From positions 719 to 64,718 of the forward strand of contig JAZKYE010000060.1 in the NCBI GenBank assembly GCA_045611965.1: a DNA stretch of 64,000 nt, written 5' to 3'. This DNA comes from Eubacteriales bacterium. GTDB lineage: Bacteria > Bacillota > Clostridia > Oscillospirales > CAG-272. This document shows positions 8,937-17,663 of the stretch, in pieces (positions within the stretch are counted from its first letter, which is position 1; the number at the start of each line of letters is the position of its first letter). The position numbers were made by a program, and so were the translations under genes. A model generated the notes under the pieces. The model did no database searches. It was not told the DNA's origin and was given only the letters and a program-made list of their open reading frames with translations.

Positions 8937-10546
8937 TATATATTACCGCCCGTATTTCCCTTGCTGAATTCTGCGAGCTCAAGACCTGGGTTATCCTCAA
9001 GCACCCAGCGTATTGCCCACTCGCTTGTAAATATCAGAAGATTATTTCCCCTGAAGTCCTGCACCCACTTCGTGCCGTGCGAGAGCTTAAGGCTTTTGGG
9101 GTCAAGCCCCTCGTTGGTTATCCATCTTATCTGCTCAAAGTTAAGATTGTTTCTTCGCAGGTCACAGCCGTACTCGTTTTTAAGACGGTATTCAAGCACC
9201 TCGAATTGAAGCACGCCGACAACGCCGACTATAACGCGTTCAAGACCTGCGCCGGGCTCGAAGAATATCTGAATAGCACCCTCTTGGGCTATCTGGTTCA
9301 TTCCCTTTGCGAACTGCTTGCGCTTCATTGAGTCAACCTGCTCGACCATAGCGAAATGCTCGGGCGCGAAGGTGGGTATGCCCTCGAAGGCAAGCTTCAT
9401 TCCCTTTTCGCACACGGTGTCACCGATAGAGAAGATGCCGGGGTCAAACACACCTATTATATCGCCTGCATAAGCCTCGTTGATGACCTCGCGCTCGGAT
9501 GCCATCATCTGCTGGGGCTGGGATAAGCGGAAGCTCTTCTGCCCCTGAACGTGATAGTATTCGCATTCCCGACGGAATTTGCCCGAGCATATTCTCATAA
9601 ACGCAATTCTGTCGCGGTGCGCCTTGTTCATGTTCGCCTGAATTTTAAATACGAAGGCAGAGAATTTCTCATCAAACGGGTCAACCGTAACGTCACCCGT
9701 CTGCCTCGGCAGAGGTGAGGTGGTCATTTTTAAGAAGTGTGCAAGGAAGGGCTCAATGCCGAAGTTGTTGAGTGCCGAACCGAAGAATACGGGGGACAGC
9801 TTTCCGTGTCTTACCGCTTCAATGTCAAAGTCAAAGCACGCGCCGTCGAGAAGCTCTATCTGCTCGCAAAGCTCTTCGCGCATAGTGCTTCCGATAAGCG
9901 AGTCAAGCTTCCCTATGTCGTTTATATCGCAGTCAATTCCGTGAATTTTCTCGCGTCCTCTGTGCGAATCGTCAAACGAGAGTATCTGTCCTGCCTCGCG
10001 GTCGTAAACACCCTTGAACTTCTGACCGCATCCGATGGGCCAGTTCATAGGATAAGTGCCGATGCCGAATTCCTTTTCAAGCTCGTCGAGCAGGTCGAAG
10101 GGGTCTCTTGCCTCTCGGTCCATCTTGTTGATAAAGGTGAAAATCGGAATGTCGCGCATAGCGCAGACCTTAAAGAGCTTTCTCGGCTGCGGCCCAATAC
10201 CCTTTGCCGCGTCGATAACCATTACTGCGCTGTCCGCCGCCATAAGCGTGCGGTAGGTGTCCTCGGAAAAGTCCTGGTGTCCCGGGGTATCCAGTATATT
10301 GATGCAGTAGCCGTCGTATTCAAACTGAAGCACCGATGAGGTTATCGAGATACCTCTTTGCTTTTCAAGGTCCATCCAGTCGGAAACCGCGTGCTTGTCG
10401 CTTTGCTTTCCCTTAACCGAGCCCGCCGACTGAATAGCGCCGCCGTAAAGAAGGAATTTCTCGGTAAGAGTGGTCTTACCTGCATCGGGGTGTGATATTA
10501 TCGCAAAGGTGCGTCGCCTTTGTATTTCATTCGTAAAATCCTGCAT
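8936..10546 (-). CDS. prfC: peptide chain release factor 3 (translational GTPase)
   Basis: RRTFAIISHPDAGKTTLTEKFLLYGGAIQ (G1), DTPGHQDF (G3), NKMD (G4). At 536 aa the length is typical of RF3. Confidence 0.95.
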   Translation of the reverse strand: MQDFTNEIQRRRTFAIISHPDAGKTTLTEKFLLYGGAIQSAGSVKGKQSDKHAVSDWMDLEKQRGISITSSVLQFEYDGYCINILDTPGHQDFSEDTYRTLMAADSAVMVIDAAKGIGPQPRKLFKVCAMRDIPIFTFINKMDREARDPFDLLDELEKEFGIGTYPMNWPIGCGQKFKGVYDREAGQILSFDDSHRGREKIHGIDCDINDIGKLDSLIGSTMREELCEQIELLDGACFDFDIEAVRHGKLSPVFFGSALNNFGIEPFLAHFLKMTTSPLPRQTGDVTVDPFDEKFSAFVFKIQANMNKAHRDRIAFMRICSGKFRRECEYYHVQGQKSFRLSQPQQMMASEREVINEAYAGDIIGVFDPGIFSIGDTVCEKGMKLAFEGIPTFAPEHFAMVEQVDSMKRKQFAKGMNQIAQEGAIQIFFEPGAGLERVIVGVVGVLQFEVLEYRLKNEYGCDLRRNNLNFEQIRWITNEGLDPKSLKLSHGTKWVQDFRGNNLLIFTSEWAIRWVLEDNPGLELAEFSKGNTGGNI

Positions 10547-10574
10547 TTTTTCGCCTTTCCGTAAATAGTTGTTA

Positions 10575-11336
10575 TCAAAGAAGTTCCATTTCGCTTCTTA
10601 TAGCGCTGTCCATATCGCTCTTTTCCTCAAATGCGCGGCTCTTATCCTCAATTTCAGAGAATGCCGCATAGTAGCGTCTGCCGAATTCAAGAAGCGCCTC
10701 GGCACAGAAGTGAAGATTGTCGGGGTTTGACAAAAGCCCCTCTGCGCTCGCATACGCGGTGCGATGGGTAGTGGCCGCAAACTGCAAAAGCTGCTCGTTT
10801 ATTTTAGGGTAGGACTTCAGCGACGGACTTTCCTCGCGGTCCTTAAGAAAATCACCGAGTCCGCCTACGATGAGCGGAATGTCCTCTGCACCTAACGCCT
10901 CGCGCAGAGATGACATAGTAGCACTCAGGCGTTCAAGGTAATGTGCATTTTTGCTCTCACCGCAGTCTGCCTCGCCCTGATGCCACAGTATTGCTACGAG
11001 ATTTGATGTGCGTATAGCGAGACGCGCCATATTCACCGCGTTATCAAAAAGCAGACCGCCCCTTTGCCATTGAGAGAGCGATGTGCCGCCGTCAGCGCAG
11101 GGAATTATACCCACCTCTGCGCCCTCGTGCGCCTTGGCATATTCGACGGCAAAGCTCTCTGCAAGGCAAACGCCTGCGGTTGCTCTGTCGGGGTTGACGG
11201 GACGGTAGGCGTTAAACCATCTGCCGTTGCGAAGCACCTTGATTTTGCCACCCATATTGTTAATCGGGGCGACCTCGCTTGAAATTCCGCGCCCTGCCAT
11301 GTTCGATTGTCCTATTATAAGAATTGAGTGTATCAT
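10575..11336 (-). CDS. sialate O-acetylesterase-like (SASA/DUF303) SGNH-type carbohydrate esterase
   Basis: The N-terminal IIGQSNMAGRG block and the WHQGEAD block are characteristic of the SASA family. Confidence 0.7.
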   Translation of the reverse strand: MIHSILIIGQSNMAGRGISSEVAPINNMGGKIKVLRNGRWFNAYRPVNPDRATAGVCLAESFAVEYAKAHEGAEVGIIPCADGGTSLSQWQRGGLLFDNAVNMARLAIRTSNLVAILWHQGEADCGESKNAHYLERLSATMSSLREALGAEDIPLIVGGLGDFLKDREESPSLKSYPKINEQLLQFAATTHRTAYASAEGLLSNPDNLHFCAEALLEFGRRYYAAFSEIEDKSRAFEEKSDMDSAIRSEMELL

Positions 11337-11375
11337 ATAATAATATCCCAGAATTGCAAAATTTCAACAAATAAC

Positions 11376-11404
11376 ATTTTAGCATATCGGAAGGACGCTG
11401 TCAA
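11376..11404 (-). promoter_or_regulatory. sigma-A type promoter for the minus-strand esterase-prfC-trmB... gene string
   Basis: On the minus strand: TTGACA (11404-11399), 17-nt spacer, TAAAAT (11381-11376). Confidence 0.5.
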
Positions 11405-11422
11405 GCGCGCGTGAAATATTTA

Positions 11423-11451
11423 TTGACACACGCGTGCGATTAGTGTATAAT
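11423..11451 (+). promoter_or_regulatory. sigma-A type promoter of the 11483 membrane-protein gene
   Basis: TTGACA (11423-11428), 17-nt spacer, TATAAT (11446-11451). It is divergent from the 11376-11404 promoter. Confidence 0.55.
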
Positions 11452-11482
11452 TAAGACAAAAATAAGAGAGGGGGGGCGCAGG

Positions 11483-12688
11483 ATGAAGCACCGAGGCTTT
11501 ATATACTTTATTCGCGGTATGCTCGCGGGATTTTTTGCGTGGGCGCTCTCAAAGCTCACCCTCTTTATTCTGCTTGCGATATCGTTGCCCTTCGACTCAA
11601 CGCTTCACTCGTTGCCTACGTGGAGTATCAGGCTGGTTTGCTGCGTGGCGCTGGTGCTTATATTCAATTCGCTGATACGCTTTCTTACGCTTTATGACCG
11701 CGCACAGCGCGATGCCTTCGTGGAAGAGGACAGAGATGTGTATTTTATAAGTGAGCTTCGGCTTATCATAAAGGACAGAGTGTTCATTCTCGAAACCGCA
11801 GGCGCTTTGATTCTGCTCACACTCATATCTCTCGTCGGCGGTATGGGTGAGCTTGCAGGGGTGTTCGTTCACGAGGGAGAGCCCGACTCTGCGCTTATAA
11901 AATTTCTGCCGCTTGCCGTTTATATTCCGCTTACGGTTGTTATAAGTCTTGTGAGAAGATACGACCTGCGCCGCTACTTCCGTATCCTGTATATCAAGGG
12001 CGAGCTTGATGCGCTCGACAGCCGCTTTAAAATGCTGCTGCGCCTGTTTGCGATATTCGTTCTTTATCCGCTCGTATTTCCTTACGCGCCGCTTCTCGTT
12101 TTCGTGCTGTTTTCATTCGCAAGCATATTCGTTTCGCTGACAGCGCTGCTCACCGTAGCAGGCTTTATCGCCCTTTGCGTGCTTCTCATCTTACTTATCG
12201 TGGGAATTGCCTACATCAGGGCAATATCAAGGCGCAAGAAATTTATAAGGTCGCTGACGCAGCTCGCAGAGCAGCGTGGATATACCTTAAGTGAAATCAA
12301 GGACCCTGTGAGGTCGTTCTTTAAGCCGAGCGAGGGTGTGAGCTTTACGCTGACGAGAGGGACGGCTGTGTATTCGGTGAGGTTTTTATCAACCGTAAGG
12401 CGCGGTGTCAGGCTCTACTTCACAAGCGATAAGCACGCCTACCTGCTTCACAGAATAGGAAGTGACAGACATCATATATCCTTCCACCACAATATCGACT
12501 GGGGATTTGATGGCGAGGGGGTAAAAATACTTCTTATAAATCCGTATCCCAAGCGCGTTTTCGCTATCGCTCAAAACGGCGCTACGAGGCAGTTAATCTC
12601 GGGGGATAGGCTATATGACACTATCGTGTACGATGACATCTCTTTGCTTGGTGCTATTGACAGAGATTGCCTTGGACGGACAAACTGA
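11483..12688 (+). CDS. hypothetical polytopic membrane protein with C-terminal soluble domain
   Basis: RBS GAGAGGGGGG lies upstream. There are several long hydrophobic segments in aa 1-250 and a non-hydrophobic C-terminal domain of about 140 aa. I recognise no family. Confidence 0.55.
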   Translation: MKHRGFIYFIRGMLAGFFAWALSKLTLFILLAISLPFDSTLHSLPTWSIRLVCCVALVLIFNSLIRFLTLYDRAQRDAFVEEDRDVYFISELRLIIKDRVFILETAGALILLTLISLVGGMGELAGVFVHEGEPDSALIKFLPLAVYIPLTVVISLVRRYDLRRYFRILYIKGELDALDSRFKMLLRLFAIFVLYPLVFPYAPLLVFVLFSFASIFVSLTALLTVAGFIALCVLLILLIVGIAYIRAISRRKKFIRSLTQLAEQRGYTLSEIKDPVRSFFKPSEGVSFTLTRGTAVYSVRFLSTVRRGVRLYFTSDKHAYLLHRIGSDRHHISFHHNIDWGFDGEGVKILLINPYPKRVFAIAQNGATRQLISGDRLYDTIVYDDISLLGAIDRDCLGRTN

Positions 12689-12694
12689 AAAAAT

Positions 12695-12735
12695 AAAACG
12701 CACGGCATACCTATTTTGTGTATGCTGTGCGTTTT
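12695..12735. terminator. bidirectional rho-independent terminator between convergent genes
   Basis: aaaacgcacggcatac (12695-12710) pairs with gtatgctgtgcgtttt (12720-12735) with one mismatch. A-rich and T-rich tracts flank it. Confidence 0.6.
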
Positions 12736-12773
12736 TGCGTTATATGAAAATAATTGTTGACAAAATATGCGGT

Positions 12774-14537
12774 TTATACTCTGTCGCGGTTCTCTTGTGT
12801 AATCTTTGCGATAAACTCATCAAGAGTCATAGTAGTGGTCTGTGCGGTGTCGCGGTTACGGATGGAAACGGTGCCGTTTTCAGCTTCCTGCTGACCGATA
12901 ATTACCATGTAGGGAACTCTGCCGACGACCTGTGCCTCTCTTATCATATATCCGATTTTCTCGTTTCTGTCGTCAAGCTCTACGCGTATTTTAGCAGCTT
13001 TAAGTGCCTCGTAAACCGATTTGCCGTACTCTGCACACTTCTCTGAAACGAGAAGAACCTTTGCCTGCGTGGGTGCAAGCCAGAGCGGGAACTTACCTGC
13101 GAAATGCTCTGTAAGAATACCGATAAAGCGCTCGATTGAGCCGTAGCAAACGCGGTGTATCATAATGGGACGCTGCTTCTCGTTGTTCTCGTCGGTGTAC
13201 TCAAGCTCGAAGTTAATGGGCATCTGGAAGTCAAGCTGTATCGTTCCGCATTGCCAGGTTCTTCCGAGCGTGTCCTCAAGATGGAAGTCGATTTTAGGAC
13301 CGTAGAACGCGCCGTCACCCTCGTTGATAACATAGGGAAGTCCAAGTCTGTCAAGGGCGTTTTTAAGTCCGTTGGTTGCCGCTTCCCAGTCCTCGTCGCT
13401 GCCCATGCTGTTTTCAGGACGGGTAGAGAGCTCTACGGAATACTTGAAGCCGAACTTCGAGTAAACCTCGTTGATAAGATTAACTACGCCGACAATCTCG
13501 TCGGAAATCTGCTCGCGGCGCATAAAGATGTGCGCGTCGTCCTGATTGAAGCAACGGACGCGGAACAGACCGTGAAGCGCACCCTTAAGCTCGTGACGGT
13601 GTACAAGACCGATTTCGCCGACACGCATAGGAAGCTCGCGGTAGCTGTGGGGCTGGCTTCTGTAAACCATAACGCCGCCGGGGCAGTTCATGGGCTTGAT
13701 GCAGAAGGTTTCCTCGTCAATGATGGTTGAGTACATATTGTCCTTGTAGTGGTCCCAGTGTCCGCTGGTTTCCCAAAGCTTGCGGTTCATGATAAGGGGC
13801 GTGCTGATTTCCACGTAGTTCTCACGTGCGTGAAGCTCGCGCCAGTACTCGATAAGTGCGTTCTTTAAAAGCATACCTTTGGGTAAGAAGAAGGGGAAGC
13901 CGGGGGCTTCGTCCTGAAGCATAAACAGCCCCATTTCCTTACCGATCCTTCTGTGGTCGCGCTTTTCAGCCTCTTCGAGAAGCTTTAAGTAATCGTCAAG
14001 CTCTTGCTGTGTCTTGAACGCAGTACCCTTTATTCTCGTGAGCATCTTGTTGTTCTTGTCGTTCTTCCAGTACGCGCCCGACTGTCCCATAATCTTGAAC
14101 GCCTTAAGCGCCTTGGTATAGGTGATGTGAGGTCCGGTACACATATCAACGTAGTCGCCCTGCTTGAAGAAGCTTATCTCAACGCCCTCGTCAAGGTCGC
14201 CGATGTGCTCAACCTTGTACTTCTCGCCAAGCTCTTGCATGTGCGCGATAGCCTCGTTACGGGGAAGAATATAGGGGCGGATGGGAAGATTTTCCTTAAC
14301 TATCTTCTTCATCTCGCTCTCGATTTTCATAAGATCCTCGTCCGTCAGCTTGGTGTCGCCGAGATCTACGTCGTAGTAAAAGCCCTTCTCGTTAGCAGGT
14401 CCGTAAGCGAAGTCCGCGTGGGGCCAGAGCCTCTTTATTGCCTGCGCCATAATGTGAGCCGCAGAGTGACGAAGTATATGAAGCTCGTCCTCGGGGGCGC
14501 ACTCACCAACCGTGCCGTCCTTAAAAATTACCTTCAT
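12774..14537 (-). CDS. thrS: threonine--tRNA ligase (short form, TGS domain largely absent)
   Basis: Editing-domain motif RHSAAHIMAQAIKR and class II core motifs (FRVRCFNQDDAHIF, GPKIDF, HRVCYGSIERF). Only about 20 aa precede the HSAAH motif, where a full TGS domain normally sits. Confidence 0.95.
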   Translation of the reverse strand: MKVIFKDGTVGECAPEDELHILRHSAAHIMAQAIKRLWPHADFAYGPANEKGFYYDVDLGDTKLTDEDLMKIESEMKKIVKENLPIRPYILPRNEAIAHMQELGEKYKVEHIGDLDEGVEISFFKQGDYVDMCTGPHITYTKALKAFKIMGQSGAYWKNDKNNKMLTRIKGTAFKTQQELDDYLKLLEEAEKRDHRRIGKEMGLFMLQDEAPGFPFFLPKGMLLKNALIEYWRELHARENYVEISTPLIMNRKLWETSGHWDHYKDNMYSTIIDEETFCIKPMNCPGGVMVYRSQPHSYRELPMRVGEIGLVHRHELKGALHGLFRVRCFNQDDAHIFMRREQISDEIVGVVNLINEVYSKFGFKYSVELSTRPENSMGSDEDWEAATNGLKNALDRLGLPYVINEGDGAFYGPKIDFHLEDTLGRTWQCGTIQLDFQMPINFELEYTDENNEKQRPIMIHRVCYGSIERFIGILTEHFAGKFPLWLAPTQAKVLLVSEKCAEYGKSVYEALKAAKIRVELDDRNEKIGYMIREAQVVGRVPYMVIIGQQEAENGTVSIRNRDTAQTTTMTLDEFIAKITQENRDRV

Positions 14538-14555
14538 TTCAAGTATCTCCTTTTG

Positions 14556-14820
14556 CCTTTCGGCTATAAATTATTTTCTTCCCTGCCGTGCAAAAGAAAA
14601 AGCCCCCTGCCGACATACAGTCGCCAAGGGTGCATGATATGCACGGTTCCACCTTGAGCTTTAACTCATTTTTTCATAACGCAGAAATATCGCGGCGCGC
14701 CTTGTTACCGGCGGCGGCTCGGGAGTGGTCTTCGGACGCGGTAGCGTATAGGGGCTTCCAGCATACGCCCCCTTCTCTGGTATACCTGACACGCATCTTA
14801 CTCTTTCCGTCAGCGCCTTT
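14556..14820 (-). promoter_or_regulatory. T-box leader (tRNA-Thr sensing riboswitch) of thrS
   Basis: Read on the minus strand: AGAGA bulge, TGGAA distal loop, then a specifier context GAAG-ACC-A with ACC (Thr) at 14729-14727. A T-box-like sequence AAGGTGGAACCGTGC lies at about 14660-14641. A terminator hairpin (cccttggcgac/gtcggcagggg) is followed by CTTTTTCTTTTG at about 14632-14590. Confidence 0.8.
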
Positions 14821-14826
14821 ATATGG

Positions 14827-14855
14827 ATTTTATCACAAAACCCGCCCCTTGTCAA
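14827..14855 (-). promoter_or_regulatory. sigma-A type promoter of the thrS T-box leader
   Basis: On the minus strand: TTGACA (14855-14850), 17-nt spacer, TAAAAT (14832-14827). Confidence 0.55.
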
Positions 14856-14935
14856 TAATATTACGAAGAATTTTGCGCGAAAATCGGCGCAAAATATTTT
14901 CGGGCGGCGGCGCGCGTTAATTTTAGCGCGAAAAC

Positions 14936-14964
14936 TTGACAAGGGCACGCGTGTGTGTTAAAAT
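14936..14964 (+). promoter_or_regulatory. sigma-A type promoter of the ThyX-like gene
   Basis: TTGACA (14936-14941), 17-nt spacer, TAAAAT (14959-14964). Confidence 0.55.
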
Positions 14965-15000
14965 ATGAATAATATTATTATGAACTTTGCGAGGTAAACA

Positions 15001-15639
15001 ATGCTTAAGGTTGAAAGAATTACCGTCTGTAATATGGAAAACGCCATAAGAGGCGCAAGAAATCCGATGAACAGCTGGGCGAGAATGGACAGCTACTACG
15101 ACGAAAAGGGCAATTTCGTGCTTGGTGCAAACGACCTTGCGCTTGCATCAAGGCTTGCTATGGCAGGAAGTGACCACAGAAAGTTTTTGCGTCAGGTGTT
15201 CGTTTCTATGGATATAACCGCGCCGCTTTATTGGTGGAAGGAATTTGATACCTACAAAGTAGGTACGGTTGCAAACTCGACCTCGACCATGCACAAGGTT
15301 CACACCAAGGAATTTTCGCGTGAGGATTTTTCACACGACAGACTTACGCCCGAGGGACTCAAGGTGCTTGATACGCTTATCGAGTTTCTTGAAGAGCAGA
15401 GAGTTAAGTTCAACGATATTCAGGACAGAGGACATTGGCACAACATAATCCAGCTTCTTCCCTCGTCCTTTAATCAGATGCGTACTGTCAGCCTTAATTA
15501 TGAGGTGCTGATTAACATTTATTACGCGAGAAGGCATCATAAGCTTGCCGAGTGGCATACGCTCTGCGAGGCTATTGAGAAGCTTCCTTATGCAAATGAG
15601 CTTATACTCGTAAAGAATAAGGACGACGTTGCAAACTGA
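15001..15639 (+). CDS. ThyX (Thy1)-fold protein with non-canonical active-site motif
   Basis: By eye it aligns collinearly with flavin-dependent thymidylate synthase: GSDHRKFLRQVFVSMDITAPLYWW corresponds to G-HxxxxEHxxFTFxIxxxSR. The RHR...S.RY dUMP-binding signature is replaced by TYK (15250-15258) and STMH. Confidence 0.65.
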   Translation: MLKVERITVCNMENAIRGARNPMNSWARMDSYYDEKGNFVLGANDLALASRLAMAGSDHRKFLRQVFVSMDITAPLYWWKEFDTYKVGTVANSTSTMHKVHTKEFSREDFSHDRLTPEGLKVLDTLIEFLEEQRVKFNDIQDRGHWHNIIQLLPSSFNQMRTVSLNYEVLINIYYARRHHKLAEWHTLCEAIEKLPYANELILVKNKDDVAN

Positions 15640-15753
15640 TTTTGAGCGTCGGTTAAACTATCGGGGCTGTGGCATTTTGAGTTTTTGCTTTAGCCCCTTT
15701 TGACTTTCATTTGGGCGGTCTTTGCGCCCGAATTCTTGTTATAGGAGTGAAAT

Positions 15754-17637
15754 ATGAACGACGGAATAATCAAGATTTTTTCTGCCTCACCGAGCGTAAG
15801 GCTTGGGGACGCGGATGCAAATAGGGCAGAGTGCGTGCGACTTGCAAGGCAGGCAGATGCAGAGGGCGGTGCGCTTATTGTATTCCCCGAGCTTTGTCTG
15901 ACCTCTGCCACCCTTGGCGATATGTATAGGCAGAGCGTCGTTACCGACGGCGCAAAGCGCGCGCTCGCACAGTACGCGAGTGAAACGGCAGAGCTTTCGC
16001 TCGTGTCGTTTGTTGGCTTGCCCGTAAGCGCTAACGGATTTTTATACAATTGCGTGGCGGTGGTTTCGTCGGGCAGGGTGATTGCTCTTGTGCCGAAGCG
16101 CGGTGCAGACGGTGTGTTCGCTTCAGGCGAGGGCGCGCCCGCATTCGTCAGAATAGGCGAGAGCGACGTGCCCGTGCGTGCAGAGCTTGTATTTGATATG
16201 AGATATCCCGAGGGGGCAGGCGTGTCGGTGGTGTTTGCCGATGAGCTTTTCTCACCCGCCTCACGCATAGGCGAGAGGGTGCTCTCGGGCGCGTCGGTTA
16301 TCGTATGCCCCGATGCCTCACCCATCTTGGCGAAGGGGGAAGCGGATAAATGCGCCGTTCTTCTGTCAGAGAGCCGACGCAACGGCTGCGTTATTGCATA
16401 CGCCAACGCATCCTTCGGTGAGAGCGGCACCGACGCGCTTTATTCGGGAAATAGGTATATATGCGAGTGCGGAAGCGCGCTTGCTTCGAGCGATGAGCTC
16501 TCGGAATGTGAGCTTGTGTCGGCTGACGCAGACATTCAGATAGTCTTTGCAAGACAGAGGAAAAGCTCGGTTTTTAAATCGGCGGACGCGTGTGAGCACC
16601 TCGCGATAGAAAACCGCCTGATAGCAACGGTGCTTACGAGAGCTTACCCGCGCTTACCCTATATAAACGAGGATGAAGAGGGGCAGTCCTGCTCAAGAAT
16701 TGTAAAAATTCAAAGCAGAGCGCTTGCAGGCCGCCTCGTGCGCTCTTACTCAAAAAAGCTCATCCTCGGTATCTCGGGTGGACTTGACTCAACACTTGCA
16801 CTTATTGCCGCGGTTGAGGCGTGCGACCTTATCGGCATCGGCAGAGATAACGTAATCGCGCTGACTCTGCCCTGCTTCGGCACGAGCTCACGCACGAGAG
16901 GCAACGCAGAGCTTCTTTGCGAGGCGCTTGGCGTAACCTTCAGGACGGTTGATATAAGAGATGCGGTAAGAGGACACCTTGCGGATATAGGTCACGATGG
17001 GAAAACACCCGACGCGGCGTTTGAAAACGCGCAGGCGAGAGAGCGCACGCAGGTGCTGATGGACGTGGCTAATATGACGGGCGGTATCGTAGTCGGTACG
17101 GGCGATCTTTCCGAGCTTGCGCTGGGCTTTTGCACCTACAACGGCGACCATATGTCGATGTACGCAGTCAACGCATCGCTTCCCAAGACGCTTATGCGTA
17201 GGATAGTCGGTGAGTATGCAAGCTCGTTGAGGTCAAGCAACGAGAGCGCGTATAGGGTGCTTAACGATATACTCGCAACCCCCATAAGCCCCGAGCTTCT
17301 TCCCCCTGACGAGGCAGGCGATATTGCACAGTGCACCGAAGAGCTTATCGGTCCTTACTGCCTGCACGACTTCTTTATCTACTATTTCGTCGGATACGGC
17401 TTCTCACCGAGAAAAATTCTTCGCATAGCGAAAAGAGCCTTTGGCGGCGAATTTTCTGACGGTGAGATAAAAGCAACGCTTCGCATATTTATAAAGCGGT
17501 TTTTCGCATCGCAGTTCAAGCGCTCGTGCGCCCCTGACGGCCCGAAGCTCACGGAAATATCACTCTCACCGAGAGGGGAATTTTCTATGCCGTCGGACTC
17601 GGTGTGCGACGCGTGGCTTCGCGAGCTTGACGGCTGA
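15754..17637 (+). CDS. nadE: NAD+ synthetase with N-terminal nitrilase-like (glutaminase-type) domain
   Basis: PP-loop ILGISGGLDSTLAL, GTGDLSELALGF, and the C-terminal FKRSCAPDGPK..LSPRGEFSMPSD all align well to long-form NadE. The N-terminal CN-hydrolase domain keeps the Glu (VFPELCL) and Lys (LVPKRG), but Ala (16237-16239) sits where the catalytic Cys is expected. Confidence 0.9.
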   Translation: MNDGIIKIFSASPSVRLGDADANRAECVRLARQADAEGGALIVFPELCLTSATLGDMYRQSVVTDGAKRALAQYASETAELSLVSFVGLPVSANGFLYNCVAVVSSGRVIALVPKRGADGVFASGEGAPAFVRIGESDVPVRAELVFDMRYPEGAGVSVVFADELFSPASRIGERVLSGASVIVCPDASPILAKGEADKCAVLLSESRRNGCVIAYANASFGESGTDALYSGNRYICECGSALASSDELSECELVSADADIQIVFARQRKSSVFKSADACEHLAIENRLIATVLTRAYPRLPYINEDEEGQSCSRIVKIQSRALAGRLVRSYSKKLILGISGGLDSTLALIAAVEACDLIGIGRDNVIALTLPCFGTSSRTRGNAELLCEALGVTFRTVDIRDAVRGHLADIGHDGKTPDAAFENAQARERTQVLMDVANMTGGIVVGTGDLSELALGFCTYNGDHMSMYAVNASLPKTLMRRIVGEYASSLRSSNESAYRVLNDILATPISPELLPPDEAGDIAQCTEELIGPYCLHDFFIYYFVGYGFSPRKILRIAKRAFGGEFSDGEIKATLRIFIKRFFASQFKRSCAPDGPKLTEISLSPRGEFSMPSDSVCDAWLRELDG

Positions 17638-17663
17638 CGCGAGGCAGAATTTAAGGGTGATTT

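Noticed and set aside
15690-16430. 246-aa minus-strand ORF rich in Ser/Pro/Ala/Thr, antisense to nadE
   Set aside because: It lies entirely inside the well-supported nadE CDS. Its low-complexity composition is typical of a shadow frame in a GC-rich-third-position gene. It has no RBS or promoter.
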